Below are positions 7,876 to 18,358 of a DNA stretch of 39,455 nt, one piece after another. The stretch lies in the IMG/VR virus record IMGVR_UViG_2526164602_000034, one strand, 5' to 3'. The notes beneath the pieces were generated by a model. It was given only the letters and a program-made list of their open reading frames with translations, did no database searches and had not been told where the DNA came from. Positions within the stretch are counted from its first letter, which is position 1, and each line of letters opens with the position of its first letter. Origin of the DNA: a virus (lineage: Duplodnaviria; Heunggongvirae; Uroviricota; Caudoviricetes). The position numbers and the translations under genes were made by a program.

Positions 7876-8435
7876 TAAATATTCTCCTCTTCGTGACTGT
7901 TTGCATATACGTAAATAAACGTCTGCCATGCAGGCTTATAACGGTTCAGAATACATTCCAGCGCACCGCCTTCATAAATACGCAGCGGCGTGAGAATATC
8001 ATCCAGCACATTCATATTCCGGTAGCCGGTTTCACTGTTAATCGTGACAATACTGACCCACTGTGAATCCGGTGATGGCTGAATATCTATTTCATAACCA
8101 AACTCTGCCGCAAACCGGATATAAAATTCACGGTTAAGAGAGGGTTTCATCCGGTATTTATTCCCGGCATAACGCTGACGCTCCTGAATGGTTGCGCCGG
8201 TCATATCACATTCCGGTAACCCCAGATAACGCTCCCAGTCTTCCAGCAGCAGACGGGATGAATCAGGAAAACGTTCTGCCAGCATCTGGTTACCGGTCCA
8301 GGAAACACGCTCCGTGGAATGACTGAGGCCCAGGCACAAAGCCGCAAGAACGGATGACGGCCGCTTATCCCATGCCAGCCCGTCAGGCAGCAACTGCAAC
8401 AGGGCGCGCTGATGCGGGGTCAGGGTTACAGCCAT
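7875..8435 (-). CDS. Baseplate/tail protein (Mu gp48-like)
   Basis: 186-aa ORF immediately upstream of the fibre gene and downstream of the J-like baseplate gene, translationally coupled; assigned by synteny. Confidence 0.55.
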   Translation of the reverse strand: MAVTLTPHQRALLQLLPDGLAWDKRPSSVLAALCLGLSHSTERVSWTGNQMLAERFPDSSRLLLEDWERYLGLPECDMTGATIQERQRYAGNKYRMKPSLNREFYIRFAAEFGYEIDIQPSPDSQWVSIVTINSETGYRNMNVLDDILTPLRIYEGGALECILNRYKPAWQTFIYVYANSHEEENI

Positions 8436-9511
8436 GTGATTTCCCCCACGGTCAGCAACTCTGTATCTCCGGCCATCACGGACTTCAGCGGGCTGCGAAC
8501 TTCAAAATCCTCCAGTCCTTTCACCCCTGCAACAGCCCGCCAGAATGATGAAGGCAATACAAGTCCACCCGGCCGCGATTCGTTATAAAGCAGGTCTGTT
8601 AATGCCTGTTTTACGGCAGCCTGATTTTCCGGCGTTTTGGGTACAATCCTGATCTCAAACGCCACCGGCTTATTGGTCAGCTTAAACACGCTGATTGTCG
8701 GCCCAAGTGGCTGACCAACGGGCTGGCCCGTCGCCGGATCATCATGACTGCGGATATAATCCGCCACCCGCTTCACATCACCTTCTCCGGGGAAAATGTC
8801 AGGGTTATTATCCTGAACAAAAGTCACACCAACACTACCCGCCTCAGGCCATTCAGGCTTACACCATGCCCGCGTCACGCCCGGTACTTCCCGTGCCCAG
8901 CGTTCAAAATCATACTGTGTTCCCCCTGATGGCGGGTTCTGTACCCGGAATACCAGCCTGGACAGCAACTCCGGCACCGTTTCCACATCCGCACCACCGG
9001 TGAGTCCCGTGCCGGTGACCGTGGCTGTCTGGTTGATGCCCGCCTGTGGCGTGATAAAGGACAGGCGGGTTCCGGTCGGGGTATTTCCAGCGCGCCCCGC
9101 ACTTTCCGCCTCCACATTAACATTCAGTGTTCCGGCTTTTCCGGTCGCAGAGCCGGTGATGCGGTACACAACCCCATCGCTTCGCTGAAGGAGTACGCCT
9201 TCCGTGATCCCTGCATCCGTGGTCAGCATCAGTTGTACCGGTCCGTCAGCGCGGGAAGCCGGTTTACGGATGACACCCCAGAATGCGCAGTGTTTCAGGA
9301 GTTCGGCTTCATCAGCTTCTGTCGGAATTATCTGCCGGGAGATCCAGGCCAGATGTTCATGCTCCTGTGCTGACAGACCCGCCAGTGCATACGCAATGGC
9401 ATTCAGGGTGGTTTCATTCACGCCCGGCTGCGAACCGGGCAGGCGCTGGCTGATATCCTGTTGTGTCTGTGTGATCAGTTGCGCCAGTGGTAAGGGCTGA
9501 TAAGGCATCAT
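8426..9511 (-). CDS. Baseplate J-like protein (Mu gp47-like)
   Basis: 361-aa ORF in the conserved baseplate block; ATG at 9511 confirmed; overlaps neighbours. Confidence 0.7.
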   Translation of the reverse strand: MMPYQPLPLAQLITQTQQDISQRLPGSQPGVNETTLNAIAYALAGLSAQEHEHLAWISRQIIPTEADEAELLKHCAFWGVIRKPASRADGPVQLMLTTDAGITEGVLLQRSDGVVYRITGSATGKAGTLNVNVEAESAGRAGNTPTGTRLSFITPQAGINQTATVTGTGLTGGADVETVPELLSRLVFRVQNPPSGGTQYDFERWAREVPGVTRAWCKPEWPEAGSVGVTFVQDNNPDIFPGEGDVKRVADYIRSHDDPATGQPVGQPLGPTISVFKLTNKPVAFEIRIVPKTPENQAAVKQALTDLLYNESRPGGLVLPSSFWRAVAGVKGLEDFEVRSPLKSVMAGDTELLTVGEITWL

Positions 9512-9945
9512 TCCCCCTTCATATCAGCATAAAAAATCATCGGATGTCTGCTTCCGTCCGGCAGGGTGATTTTCACGGAAAGCGAAAGGCGAGCATGCCC
9601 CACACGCATGGCATGACATACCACGGATGTGGCAGCACCGCTTTTATGCAGCCACGCCAGCGCTTCATCAGCATAGGCCTGTGCACGGCTGACCACGGAG
9701 GACAGCGTCTTTTCACGGCTTAACAGCCAGAGACGGGAGCCAACGGGGCGCTCCCGGAAACTGTCTCCCCACCATCCCCGACGGTCACGGGTGCCGTCAG
9801 GGATTTCATCGGAATCCAGCGCCCGCCTGTCCGTAAACAGTGAAATAATGACCGCAGTCAGCAGGCTGTTATCCGTCAGAAGATCTGCGCCGTTCAGTTG
9901 CAGGGAACCGCAACCCTGATCCCAGACGACAGCAATATCAGCCAT
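9508..9945 (-). CDS. Baseplate protein (Mu gp46-like)
   Basis: Internal ATG at 9945 (MADIAVVWDQ...) overlaps the stop of the upstream gene by 8 nt; the track ORF extends further upstream into the neighbouring gene. Confidence 0.55.
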   Translation of the reverse strand: MADIAVVWDQGCGSLQLNGADLLTDNSLLTAVIISLFTDRRALDSDEIPDGTRDRRGWWGDSFRERPVGSRLWLLSREKTLSSVVSRAQAYADEALAWLHKSGAATSVVCHAMRVGHARLSLSVKITLPDGSRHPMIFYADMKGE

Positions 9946-10552
9946 TCTCTGGTCCTCCCGTTTTGCTGCCTTCACCGTTATCGTGATGCACATGACCTGA
10001 ATAGGTGATCCCGGCAATAACCGCTTCGGACATCGTGAACGTCCCCTGTGATCTTCCGGTGCCGTCAATGGACACATTGCCTTTGACATGCAGGTTCTTA
10101 TCCACTGTGACATTACCGGTAAAGTGAGCCTCCGGTGTATCCACCTGAACACCTTCATCGGCGTAAATCTCCAGCGTCTTACAGGTCACAATGATCCGGC
10201 CGTTCTTTGTCAGACGTATACGGTGCCCCTCATGGTGATACACGCCGGTATCTCCGGCGGTAAGTCCGGTCGGGCGACTGCGGCGGTCTTCCACCACAAG
10301 CACCACGGCCTGATCCCGTTGTCCGCCAGCACAGGCCAGAAAAACTTCCGCACCAGGCAGGGGGACGCTGATTTGCCCGTACTGCTGGGGGCGTTCAACG
10401 TCATCAAAGGTTTCACCATCCATACCGGTGATTTGCACATTCTGGATTTTCAGCGTGTCCGTTGTGCCGGTCAGTACACCACGCCCGAACAGCAGACGAA
10501 CACCCCGCATCACGGGGGCCAGAAGGCGGCTGATGACTTCGTCATTCATCAT
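9938..10552 (-). CDS. Baseplate assembly protein V / spike-like (Mu gp45-like)
   Basis: 204-aa ORF in the baseplate block; beta-rich sequence with HVHHDNGEG near the C-terminus. Confidence 0.6.
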   Translation of the reverse strand: MMNDEVISRLLAPVMRGVRLLFGRGVLTGTTDTLKIQNVQITGMDGETFDDVERPQQYGQISVPLPGAEVFLACAGGQRDQAVVLVVEDRRSRPTGLTAGDTGVYHHEGHRIRLTKNGRIIVTCKTLEIYADEGVQVDTPEAHFTGNVTVDKNLHVKGNVSIDGTGRSQGTFTMSEAVIAGITYSGHVHHDNGEGSKTGGPENG

Positions 10553-11666
10553 TGAATTTAATCCCCTGTTTTTTCATCTGTGCCCGCACGAAGGCGTCCA
10601 CGTCACCCGCATTTCCGCTTCCGCTGTTTCCCGGCTCTGCCGGAACAATAAAGCCGTCACGGGGTGCCAGAATCAGACGGGTGGTTTCGCCGTGATTTGC
10701 ATCCAGCGAAAACTCCACCTGACAGACAAGAAGATCACGCTCTTCCACTCCGGTGCGGGGAGCCGTGACAGCCGTCAGCAGGTTGATATCCCACAACTGG
10801 CCGTTCTCCCGAAACCAGTGCCGCACGGTGGCTGTCAGGCGCACAGAGCGGGCAACCGCCCGGCGCATTTCCCGGACAGCCCTCTGGCGTGCACCGTCTG
10901 CATCAACAGCATGATCCGCCAGCACAATTTTCGGTCTGTAACGGTGGATGGCACTGTCTGTCACCGTACCAACGGGTGCGGCCAGCGTTCCGGCTGTCAG
11001 TGCATCCCCGGCATGACCACCACCACGCCCGTGCCCCCGTACACGGTATTCACTGTGGCGCAGACGGTGATCCACGTTGTGATCCAAATCCAGCAGATTT
11101 TCGCCCAGCGTCAGCGTGTCGCCACGCTGACTGCCGGCCTGAGTGAAAACCAGTTCACCGGCGGCATTACTGGTTACCAGGACGCCTCTGTGTCTCGCGG
11201 CCCGTGTCAGCGCATCTGCCACGGTTTCTGAGTTTTCCAGTGTGAAGGTGGAAAAGGGCCGGGCTGCCGTTGCATCATTTACCTGCCAGCGCACCGTGAC
11301 CCCGAACGGAGCACACAAATCTGAAGCAATGTGCTCCAGCGTGCGGTTCCTCCACTGGCTGCCCGGATGAATGGCTGAACAGTCCACCAGGTCACCGGTT
11401 TTATCCCGTCCGCTGAGCGTGATCTGAAAACGCGTGGCGCTGATGCGCTGCCGGACCTGATCCAGCCAGCCAGTGATCACAGGCTGACCGTCAATGCGCA
11501 ATTCCAGAGACTGACCGGCACGGACGGATGACGGAAGGCGTACACCGGGCATCATTACCCCCAGTTCAAAGGAGCCCGCCAGATGTTCAAGAGAGCGACG
11601 AACACTCACCGTCAGCCAGCCGGAAAAAATCTCACCGCCCAGATACAGTTCAACCCTGCTGCTCAC
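10542..11666 (-). CDS. Baseplate hub / tail protein (Mu gp44-like)
   Basis: 374-aa ORF between the DNA-circularisation-like gene and the V-like gene; synteny. Confidence 0.55.
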   Translation of the reverse strand: MSSRVELYLGGEIFSGWLTVSVRRSLEHLAGSFELGVMMPGVRLPSSVRAGQSLELRIDGQPVITGWLDQVRQRISATRFQITLSGRDKTGDLVDCSAIHPGSQWRNRTLEHIASDLCAPFGVTVRWQVNDATAARPFSTFTLENSETVADALTRAARHRGVLVTSNAAGELVFTQAGSQRGDTLTLGENLLDLDHNVDHRLRHSEYRVRGHGRGGGHAGDALTAGTLAAPVGTVTDSAIHRYRPKIVLADHAVDADGARQRAVREMRRAVARSVRLTATVRHWFRENGQLWDINLLTAVTAPRTGVEERDLLVCQVEFSLDANHGETTRLILAPRDGFIVPAEPGNSGSGNAGDVDAFVRAQMKKQGIKFNDE

Positions 11667-13020
11667 TAATCACCTCCACTGAATGGCCTCCGGGAATGAA
11701 CAGCGGATCAACAATACCGTTACGGCGCACAAAACGTTGCCAGCCGGTACTGTTCCCGGTGGCACGGTACAGGGTCACCAGTGCAGGCTCGGTGGTACGT
11801 ACAGTCACTACTGTTGCACCGGGTAGCTGAACTCCCCGTGTATTCAGATCCTCTGTCAGTGCCAGTCTGGCATCACGAAGCGTCAGCGCCGTGGCGGTAT
11901 ACCCCTGCCCGGACAGTGTCATCACCTGCCGTTCGAGCGCTTCGCTTAAGTCACGGTTAATGCGCTGAAGATCAACTGAACTTTCCAGCCAGACAGGCCA
12001 GGTACGGTGGGCTGCGTCACTGTCCGGCAGGGTTTCCTGACTGAGAACCTGATCCAGCAGTTTTCCCACGGTCTGTGCCTGGGCCACCACGGCAGCACTC
12101 TGCATTACCGCCCGTATCAGACGAATATTCTTTTGTGCTGCCGGTGTCAGACCGATGAGAGTCTGCGGATTATCCTGCTCATCCAGCACGTAACGCAGGG
12201 AAGATAATGTCCTGTACAGTTGCGGCATTCCCTGAGAGAAGGCGGATGTCGTCCGGCCGATACTGCCACCGGGCCGGGTATTCAGGCCTCCTGAAGACAG
12301 TGACGGCAGCGATGGCAGGGTGATCAGGGCACTGAAAAGCCCCGCAAAAGATGAGGCCATGCGGGAAGGTGCTGTCAGTAATGCCGTGGCATTCCCTTTC
12401 AGCGCCGTGAACGTGGCAGTAAAGGCACTGATATCCTGTACAATCCCCATGCCGGAAACGGCATTTTCCAGGGCGGACACCTTATCGCTGATGGTTTCGG
12501 TCATTGCCTGGACATCGTGCATTCCGTCAGAAATCACCGTCCAGCCCGCTTCCAGGGTTTCAAAAACCTTCCCGAGCGCGGTGGTACTCTTCTGCTCCAG
12601 AATGGCGGCCGTGTCCTGTGTGACAGCAGGTGCGGTATCATCACTTACCGGCGTGACATTAATGGTGAACTCAACCACGCCCTGTTCAGCAGCGTTATAA
12701 CGACTTTCAAAGCTGTTTATCAGCACATTTAACGTGCCGTAATCCGGGTGAAGCAGCTCCCCGGCACCGGGAGCACGAAGGGCATCACGCAGACGATTTC
12801 GCTGTGTCTGAACATCATCCCCCATCACAAGTACACTGAACGTAAATTCAGCCAGTTTAGGTCCCAGATCGTCTGCACCACCGGTTTCCCGTAACGGATA
12901 TTCCCGACGGACAATGTTTCGCCCGCCACGTTCGCGCTGCTCACGCCAGACGAGGAACGGCACACCACGGAACGCACCACGACCGTCACCAGAGGCCATA
13001 ATTCCCTCCGTTCCAGACAT
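11650..13020 (-). CDS. Tail protein, Mu P-like (DNA circularisation protein family)
   Basis: 456-aa ORF directly downstream of the tape measure gene, as Mu gp43. Confidence 0.6.
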   Translation of the reverse strand: MSGTEGIMASGDGRGAFRGVPFLVWREQRERGGRNIVRREYPLRETGGADDLGPKLAEFTFSVLVMGDDVQTQRNRLRDALRAPGAGELLHPDYGTLNVLINSFESRYNAAEQGVVEFTINVTPVSDDTAPAVTQDTAAILEQKSTTALGKVFETLEAGWTVISDGMHDVQAMTETISDKVSALENAVSGMGIVQDISAFTATFTALKGNATALLTAPSRMASSFAGLFSALITLPSLPSLSSGGLNTRPGGSIGRTTSAFSQGMPQLYRTLSSLRYVLDEQDNPQTLIGLTPAAQKNIRLIRAVMQSAAVVAQAQTVGKLLDQVLSQETLPDSDAAHRTWPVWLESSVDLQRINRDLSEALERQVMTLSGQGYTATALTLRDARLALTEDLNTRGVQLPGATVVTVRTTEPALVTLYRATGNSTGWQRFVRRNGIVDPLFIPGGHSVEVISEQQG

Positions 13021-15061
13021 TCACATCCAGTCCGTGACCGGACGTGTCATCAATATCAATACTGCGAGCCTGCCACCCTTCCGGGGCAACCAGCTCCACA
13101 CGGGCAGAGGCTTTTTGTACCGCCTGTCCACTGCTTTCATCATCACTGCCCCGTAATTTCTGCCAGGCTTCAGTCAGCCATCCCCCCAGATAGTTACCGA
13201 GATAGCTGCCCACCGTAGAACCAATGGCAATCCCCACAGGTCCGGCTGCCGCCCCCAGCGCACCACCGGCAATACTGCCTGCAAGAGAGCCGACCGCTTC
13301 TCCCTTGTCTGTGGCACTGGCGCTGCCATCCAGCAGAACCGGGGCTGCCATCGCGCCAGCCCACAGGGCACCTCCACCCAGCCGGCCGGCCAGTCCACCG
13401 GCACTGCGGAAAAAGCCGGAGAAACGCCCCAGCCCCATGCGGCTACCGACAGACGAAAGTAACCCACCGGCGCGCCCCATCATGCGCCCCCAGAACCCTG
13501 CCCCACCAGAAGAGGGAGACGGTGGCACTGGGGACGGTGGCAGGGGAGGCGTGACCGGTCTTCCGCGCCCCGGTCCGCGTTTCCTGCGGCCCCGCCCCTG
13601 ACGTCCGCCTGAGGATGTATCGGTCGCGCCGGTGCCGGACAGTCCTCCTGTGGGCCAGTTTGTTACAAGTACTGGCTGAACGGCTGCCGGATTTACCCCG
13701 GTAAGAAAGTTTATAAAACGTTGCCCTCGTCCCTGATATGTGCCTGGTGGTGTTCCGGCCGGAGGAGAGCGCCGGAAAGGTGAGGTCAGGAAGGCCGCCG
13801 CTGATAATCCGTATCCCAGCAATGCAGCACCCGGACGTATAATCCCCGTTCCGACAGCCCGCGCCATTTTCAGGGCACGGGTGGCGAGATACATGTACAG
13901 CAGGTATTTCGCGGCGGTCTGTGCCCCCTGACCAATGCGATCCAGCGCATCACCATAGCCCGCATCCCGCAGAGCCTGAAGCGTGTCGCGTACCTTTCTG
14001 ATCGCCTGATAAAACCCAGTCACTGCATCACGGGCATACTCAAAGCCCTGGTTCATGGCTGATGCCGTGCTTTCCGCCAGGGAATGGTAACTGCCATCAG
14101 ATTTGGCACTGTCAACCCATGAAAGAAATCCCCTGAGATTACCCTTCAGTTTTTCAAATGGCCCACTGTCCATCACATCCCGGGCAAACTGGTCCCAGAC
14201 GTCACCCATCATGGCCGTCAGGCCACTCCAGGAATTCATTGCGTCCTTTTGTGCTCCCCTGGCCTGTTCCGCCAGCGTCTGAAATAACAGGCGAATACTG
14301 TCCGGCCCAAGCAGCCCTTTTTCACCAAGTTTTCTGACCACTTTCTGGTCCACACCCAGACGATCAGCCAGCACGCGGTAGGCATTAATGCCGTAGGTGG
14401 CAAGAATATTTGCATCCGCCGCCTGAATACTGCCTCTTGCATACATCTGTTTCAGTTGCAGGGATGCCCCCTGTGCATCGGACAGTGACCAGCCGCCCAC
14501 GGCACCCTGATCCTGAAGCATGGTGACAAAATTTCGGGCCTCCCTGTCACTCATACCAAAGCCCAGACTGGACGTATATTCCTGCATGACGCCAGCCAGC
14601 CCCCAGGTGGTTTCCTTCGCATTCTGTATTGCCCACCTGCGGACATCATCAGTTTTCGCCCGATCCCCTTTGTAAAGGGAGTTCAGGCGAATCATATAGG
14701 TTTCCATCTCCGCTGCCGGGCGAATAAATCCCCGGTTAAAGCCATATACAGCAGCACCACCGGCCAGCATTCCGTAAAGATTGCTGATCCGCCCGATGGT
14801 GCCGGTAATACTGCCCTGAAGACGGTCAAAATCAGAAGTGACATGGCGGATACTGCCCCGCACCCCGGCCAGCGTGCGCTGCATCCTGCTTCCGAGTACA
14901 TCTGTTTCCTGCCCGGCACGGCGGGCAGCATTTCCCAGGCCACCCAGCCCCGCCTGGCCGGAGCGTGAGAATGCCCCCAGCTCCTGTGACCACTGGCGGG
15001 ATTTGGCTGAGATATTGCCGAGCAAATCAACTATCAGAGATGCTCTGAGATTTCGGGCCAT
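12986..15061 (-). CDS. Tail tape measure protein
   Basis: 691 aa, the largest tail ORF, between chaperone/tube and baseplate genes; Gly/Ala/Ser/Pro-rich low-complexity C-terminal half. Confidence 0.75.
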   Translation of the reverse strand: MARNLRASLIVDLLGNISAKSRQWSQELGAFSRSGQAGLGGLGNAARRAGQETDVLGSRMQRTLAGVRGSIRHVTSDFDRLQGSITGTIGRISNLYGMLAGGAAVYGFNRGFIRPAAEMETYMIRLNSLYKGDRAKTDDVRRWAIQNAKETTWGLAGVMQEYTSSLGFGMSDREARNFVTMLQDQGAVGGWSLSDAQGASLQLKQMYARGSIQAADANILATYGINAYRVLADRLGVDQKVVRKLGEKGLLGPDSIRLLFQTLAEQARGAQKDAMNSWSGLTAMMGDVWDQFARDVMDSGPFEKLKGNLRGFLSWVDSAKSDGSYHSLAESTASAMNQGFEYARDAVTGFYQAIRKVRDTLQALRDAGYGDALDRIGQGAQTAAKYLLYMYLATRALKMARAVGTGIIRPGAALLGYGLSAAAFLTSPFRRSPPAGTPPGTYQGRGQRFINFLTGVNPAAVQPVLVTNWPTGGLSGTGATDTSSGGRQGRGRRKRGPGRGRPVTPPLPPSPVPPSPSSGGAGFWGRMMGRAGGLLSSVGSRMGLGRFSGFFRSAGGLAGRLGGGALWAGAMAAPVLLDGSASATDKGEAVGSLAGSIAGGALGAAAGPVGIAIGSTVGSYLGNYLGGWLTEAWQKLRGSDDESSGQAVQKASARVELVAPEGWQARSIDIDDTSGHGLDVNVWNGGNYGLW

Positions 15062-15187
15062 ACTTACTGCTTCGTTCTGATGATTTTTTCTGTCTGTCGG
15101 CAGTGCCGGTAAAGTTGCGACAGGGGGAGGTTAAGCGCCCATTCCGGACCGCTTTTTGTCACCATCCCCAGGATAATTGCCGCTTCT

Positions 15188-15664
15188 TCAATCTGATCCC
15201 GACACTGCGCCTGATCGCCCCCGGTCAGCTGCCAGCTTTCCGGCAAGCGCGGTATCCAGCAGGCTGACCGCTGCCATCAGGCGGGAGAGATCGCGCTCGC
15301 TTAACTGTCCAATCTGACGGGGTGACAACGGACCTTCAATGTCTCCCACTGCGGCAATCTGACGGCGCAGCAGTGCAACACCGCGTAACGACGGAGACGC
15401 TATCAGCATCGGGCCATTGTTTGTCTCCACCACGCGCTCGGCTTCTGCTTCTGCGTCAATACTGTCTTTCGCTGTCAGTTCCCGGAACGTGACACGATAT
15501 TCACGGGTCTCACCAAACGGCAGACCATCAAGCAGATCCACATATCCCTTTGCCAGTTGCTCTGTCAGCCCGGCAGTGCGTGGATCAGCCCCCTCAAGTG
15601 CTTCCCGGATTGCCTCCATCACGGCTGCCTCGGAAACTGCCGTTTTTTTCTTACGTGTGGTCAT
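15188..15664 (-). CDS. Tail assembly chaperone-like protein (Mu gp41 position)
   Basis: ATG at 15664 with AGGA about 10 nt upstream (the track ORF starts at an upstream GTG); lies between the tube and tape measure genes. Confidence 0.5.
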   Translation of the reverse strand: MTTRKKKTAVSEAAVMEAIREALEGADPRTAGLTEQLAKGYVDLLDGLPFGETREYRVTFRELTAKDSIDAEAEAERVVETNNGPMLIASPSLRGVALLRRQIAAVGDIEGPLSPRQIGQLSERDLSRLMAAVSLLDTALAGKLAADRGRSGAVSGSD

Positions 15665-15678
15665 TTTATTTTTCCTGA

Positions 15679-16044
15679 TCACTGAACACGGGTACTGGAG
15701 GCGCTGGCGAACTTCACGGAGATCTCCCCGCCACCGTCAAGCGAGGCCGGTTCACTGCTCCAGGCCTTCGTCATCATGTGGACTTCGCCGGTATCCGCCA
15801 CAAACTCGATAGTGACCGCAGTCCAGTTGTTGATTTCATCGGCGGCTGGTGAACCTTCTCCGCCTGCCGGAAATTTGCAGTCCAGCGTCGCTTCACGTGG
15901 TTTCTGGCGGTAACCATAGACTTTCGCGCCTTTCACCACTTCACGTTCAAAACCAGACGGAGAAAATGTAGCCCCCTCAAGCGTCTCGTATTCCTGACCG
16001 TTCACACGGATAGTGGCCGTACCCTGATACTGTTTTCCGCTCAT
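15679..16044 (-). CDS. Tail tube protein
   Basis: 121-aa ORF immediately downstream of the sheath gene, the typical myovirus sheath-tube pair. Confidence 0.65.
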   Translation of the reverse strand: MSGKQYQGTATIRVNGQEYETLEGATFSPSGFEREVVKGAKVYGYRQKPREATLDCKFPAGGEGSPAADEINNWTAVTIEFVADTGEVHMMTKAWSSEPASLDGGGEISVKFASASSTRVQ

Positions 16045-16052
16045 GCCTTACC

Positions 16053-17555
16053 TCACAAAATGAAACGGATCTGTGCTGCCAGGAAGCGGAACTGGTTAAC
16101 CAGATCCGGCGTGCATAACACGTCAAGACGGTTTCGATCTGACGCATTACGCTCCACAAGCAGATTCTTTTTAAAGGTGTCCAGATTTTCGACCAGCCCG
16201 AGTTCCACCCACTCTTCACCCAGCGAAATTAACTGAAGCTTCATGATCTCCGGCGTCACGATATTCTGACCGGCACGAACGGGCGTCCCGTCATCAGCCA
16301 GTTTATGGCGCGGAAAACGTTGTGTGATAAAAGTACGCAGGGAATAACGCAGCCAGGAGAGGGTGTAGATGGTTTCCACATCCAGATAGCTGGGATCACT
16401 TTCGCCGTACACGTTCTGGCGATACATGGTCACCTGACGTTCGATCTGAACCACATCACCGGCAGCCACACTGACCGTGGCAATCCCTCCCCACAGCAGA
16501 CTGTTACGCTCTTCACGCGTCAGACGATCGGCCGGAGCCGGGGCCATGCGTGACGGAAGCGCCAGCGTCTGAAGCGGACGCGCAGGATCTGCTCCCAGAG
16601 AGGGTGCACAGGTGGCACAGACCGCCGCTGCCCAGAGGTAATCCGGTTCAGGGGCTTTGGGAATGGATGTGCAGGTCGCCAGAAAATCATTGCGTTTTGC
16701 CCCGAATGCCTGCACCTCACCAAACGTGCCGGTATGTGCCAGCCACAGCACGCCGTCAGACATTTTGGCCGGTCCCCAGCGTTTCAGAAGCTCATCACTG
16801 ATGATTTTCAGGTTTGCATCATCCTTATAGGGCATGACGACATAGTTGTACTGGCGATCGCCCATACCCGCCACGCTTCGGGTGATATCCGGGTTAGCCG
16901 CTTTTTGTTTCGGATAGGCTATAGCGACCTGTATTCCTTCCGGGGTTGCTTCCCCGTCGTGATAGTTCAGGCGCACATCATGAACGGAGCATTCACCGGT
17001 AAAGCGGGCGGTGATCCCCAGAGACCCTTTCAGACCTGCGCCATTATCACCACTTCCTGCACCAGAGGAGGCCGTGAAGGGCGCGTCAGGATCGGCATTG
17101 ATCAGCGCGGCCAGCTCGTCGGTCAGTTCTTTGCCTTTCTTACCTTTTGGTGCCGGGAGTGTATAACGCCGCCCCCCCACGCAGGCATAAACAATCCCGT
17201 CACGGGTGACCGTTCCGGTCAGATTCATGGCCGCAGCCGTTGCCTGTCCGGTGCCGTTCCCCTGAGCAATGGCATACAGTTCAGCATCAGGATTGATGGC
17301 GATAAATTCCGCCACCATCAGGGCAATCATGGAGCCGCGCCCCCAGAGTTCTGTTGCCTGAGACGCACGGGTGATCCTGACCGGAACATCCAGAACACCG
17401 GCACCGTCCACGGCATTCTCTTTCATTCTCGCCTGACCAAACAGCAGCACACACTGACGCTGTGCCGGAGTGCCGGTGACAGCCATGGAGTTATTAAACT
17501 CAACCTCAATCAGCGGTATACGGCGGTCATTACCGATCCCGTCAAAATTAATCAT
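16053..17555 (-). CDS. Contractile tail sheath protein
   Basis: 500-aa ORF preceding the tube gene; size and position as Mu L. Confidence 0.7.
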   Translation of the reverse strand: MINFDGIGNDRRIPLIEVEFNNSMAVTGTPAQRQCVLLFGQARMKENAVDGAGVLDVPVRITRASQATELWGRGSMIALMVAEFIAINPDAELYAIAQGNGTGQATAAAMNLTGTVTRDGIVYACVGGRRYTLPAPKGKKGKELTDELAALINADPDAPFTASSGAGSGDNGAGLKGSLGITARFTGECSVHDVRLNYHDGEATPEGIQVAIAYPKQKAANPDITRSVAGMGDRQYNYVVMPYKDDANLKIISDELLKRWGPAKMSDGVLWLAHTGTFGEVQAFGAKRNDFLATCTSIPKAPEPDYLWAAAVCATCAPSLGADPARPLQTLALPSRMAPAPADRLTREERNSLLWGGIATVSVAAGDVVQIERQVTMYRQNVYGESDPSYLDVETIYTLSWLRYSLRTFITQRFPRHKLADDGTPVRAGQNIVTPEIMKLQLISLGEEWVELGLVENLDTFKKNLLVERNASDRNRLDVLCTPDLVNQFRFLAAQIRFIL

Positions 17556-17797
17556 TGCGGTTTCTCCTTATCGGATGCCGGTTGGGCGACCGGTTTTTCT
17601 GTCGCAGTCGTTGCATCCGCAGATACAGCCGGAGCCTCTTCAGCGGCTTTTTCAGCCTGAATGACATCGCCGTCATCAAGACGCCGACACCAGAACGGCG
17701 TAAAGGGCTTTTCCTCCCCCTCCTGTGCCAGCGGGCGCATTGTGTCGGGATCACGAATCAGGCGTCCCGGCGCGGGTTTGATAAAGATGGTTTTCAT
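17552..17797 (-). CDS. Hypothetical head-tail region protein (Mu gp38 position)
   Basis: 81-aa ORF translationally coupled to the sheath gene; acidic C-terminal tail. Confidence 0.45.
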   Translation of the reverse strand: MKTIFIKPAPGRLIRDPDTMRPLAQEGEEKPFTPFWCRRLDDGDVIQAEKAAEEAPAVSADATTATEKPVAQPASDKEKPQ

Positions 17798-18358
17798 TTA
17801 CAGTTCCTCCGGCGGTTCGACCGCCGTTGTCGTGTTCCCCGGCAAATCAATATGTGCCTCAAACGGCGGCGTACCGGGCGGCTCCACAAAGGTTTCGTAA
17901 TGACGCAGGAAGTCGTCCAGCGAGCTGGTATCGGTCAGCGGTGCGATCATTTCCTCGCAGGAGAAATAAAGCGCATACATCACCGCACCACTGTCCGCCT
18001 GGGTTTCGGTGTAACCGTTGACCGCCTTTTCAAAGTAAAGCGGTGAGGTTTTTTCTGTTCTGAAGCCGTTAAGCACGGCAATCAGCCGGGCCACAATCTG
18101 ATACAGTCCGGGACGGCTGGCCTCACGCCCGTTGAGCATGTCGCCGATGACGTAGAACACCCAGTGACTGACCAGGCGACCACGGGTACGGCCTTCACCG
18201 GCACCCAGCCAGGCAACGTAGATCGCCGGGGCGTTAATCAGCATGGTGCGCAGTACGCTGTCGCTCCAGTCGCCGGGATGCGTGTCAACAGACACCAGTT
18301 CATTCCCGAAATACTCACGGATACGGGCGATGTATGCCTGTTCGGTTTCCGTAATCAT
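17798..18358 (-). CDS. Hypothetical virion protein (Mu gp37 position)
   Basis: 186-aa ORF in the conserved head-tail joining block; synteny only. Confidence 0.45.
   Translation of the reverse strand: MITETEQAYIARIREYFGNELVSVDTHPGDWSDSVLRTMLINAPAIYVAWLGAGEGRTRGRLVSHWVFYVIGDMLNGREASRPGLYQIVARLIAVLNGFRTEKTSPLYFEKAVNGYTETQADSGAVMYALYFSCEEMIAPLTDTSSLDDFLRHYETFVEPPGTPPFEAHIDLPGNTTTAVEPPEEL

Noticed and set aside
15064-15246. Overlapping 60-aa ORF after the tail chaperone gene as a programmed-frameshift extension
   Set aside because: The second frame is +1 relative to the chaperone, not the usual -1, and no slippery heptamer is evident; it begins with a TTG in the track. Probably a shadow ORF.
16734-17660. 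Long plus-strand ORFs antisense to structural genes (for example 16734..17660, 10428..11231, 26676..27269, 20145..20708)
   Set aside because: They lie entirely antisense to well-supported minus-strand genes in GC-rich sequence, have odd composition (Arg/Cys/His-rich) and no ribosome binding sites; treated as shadow ORFs.
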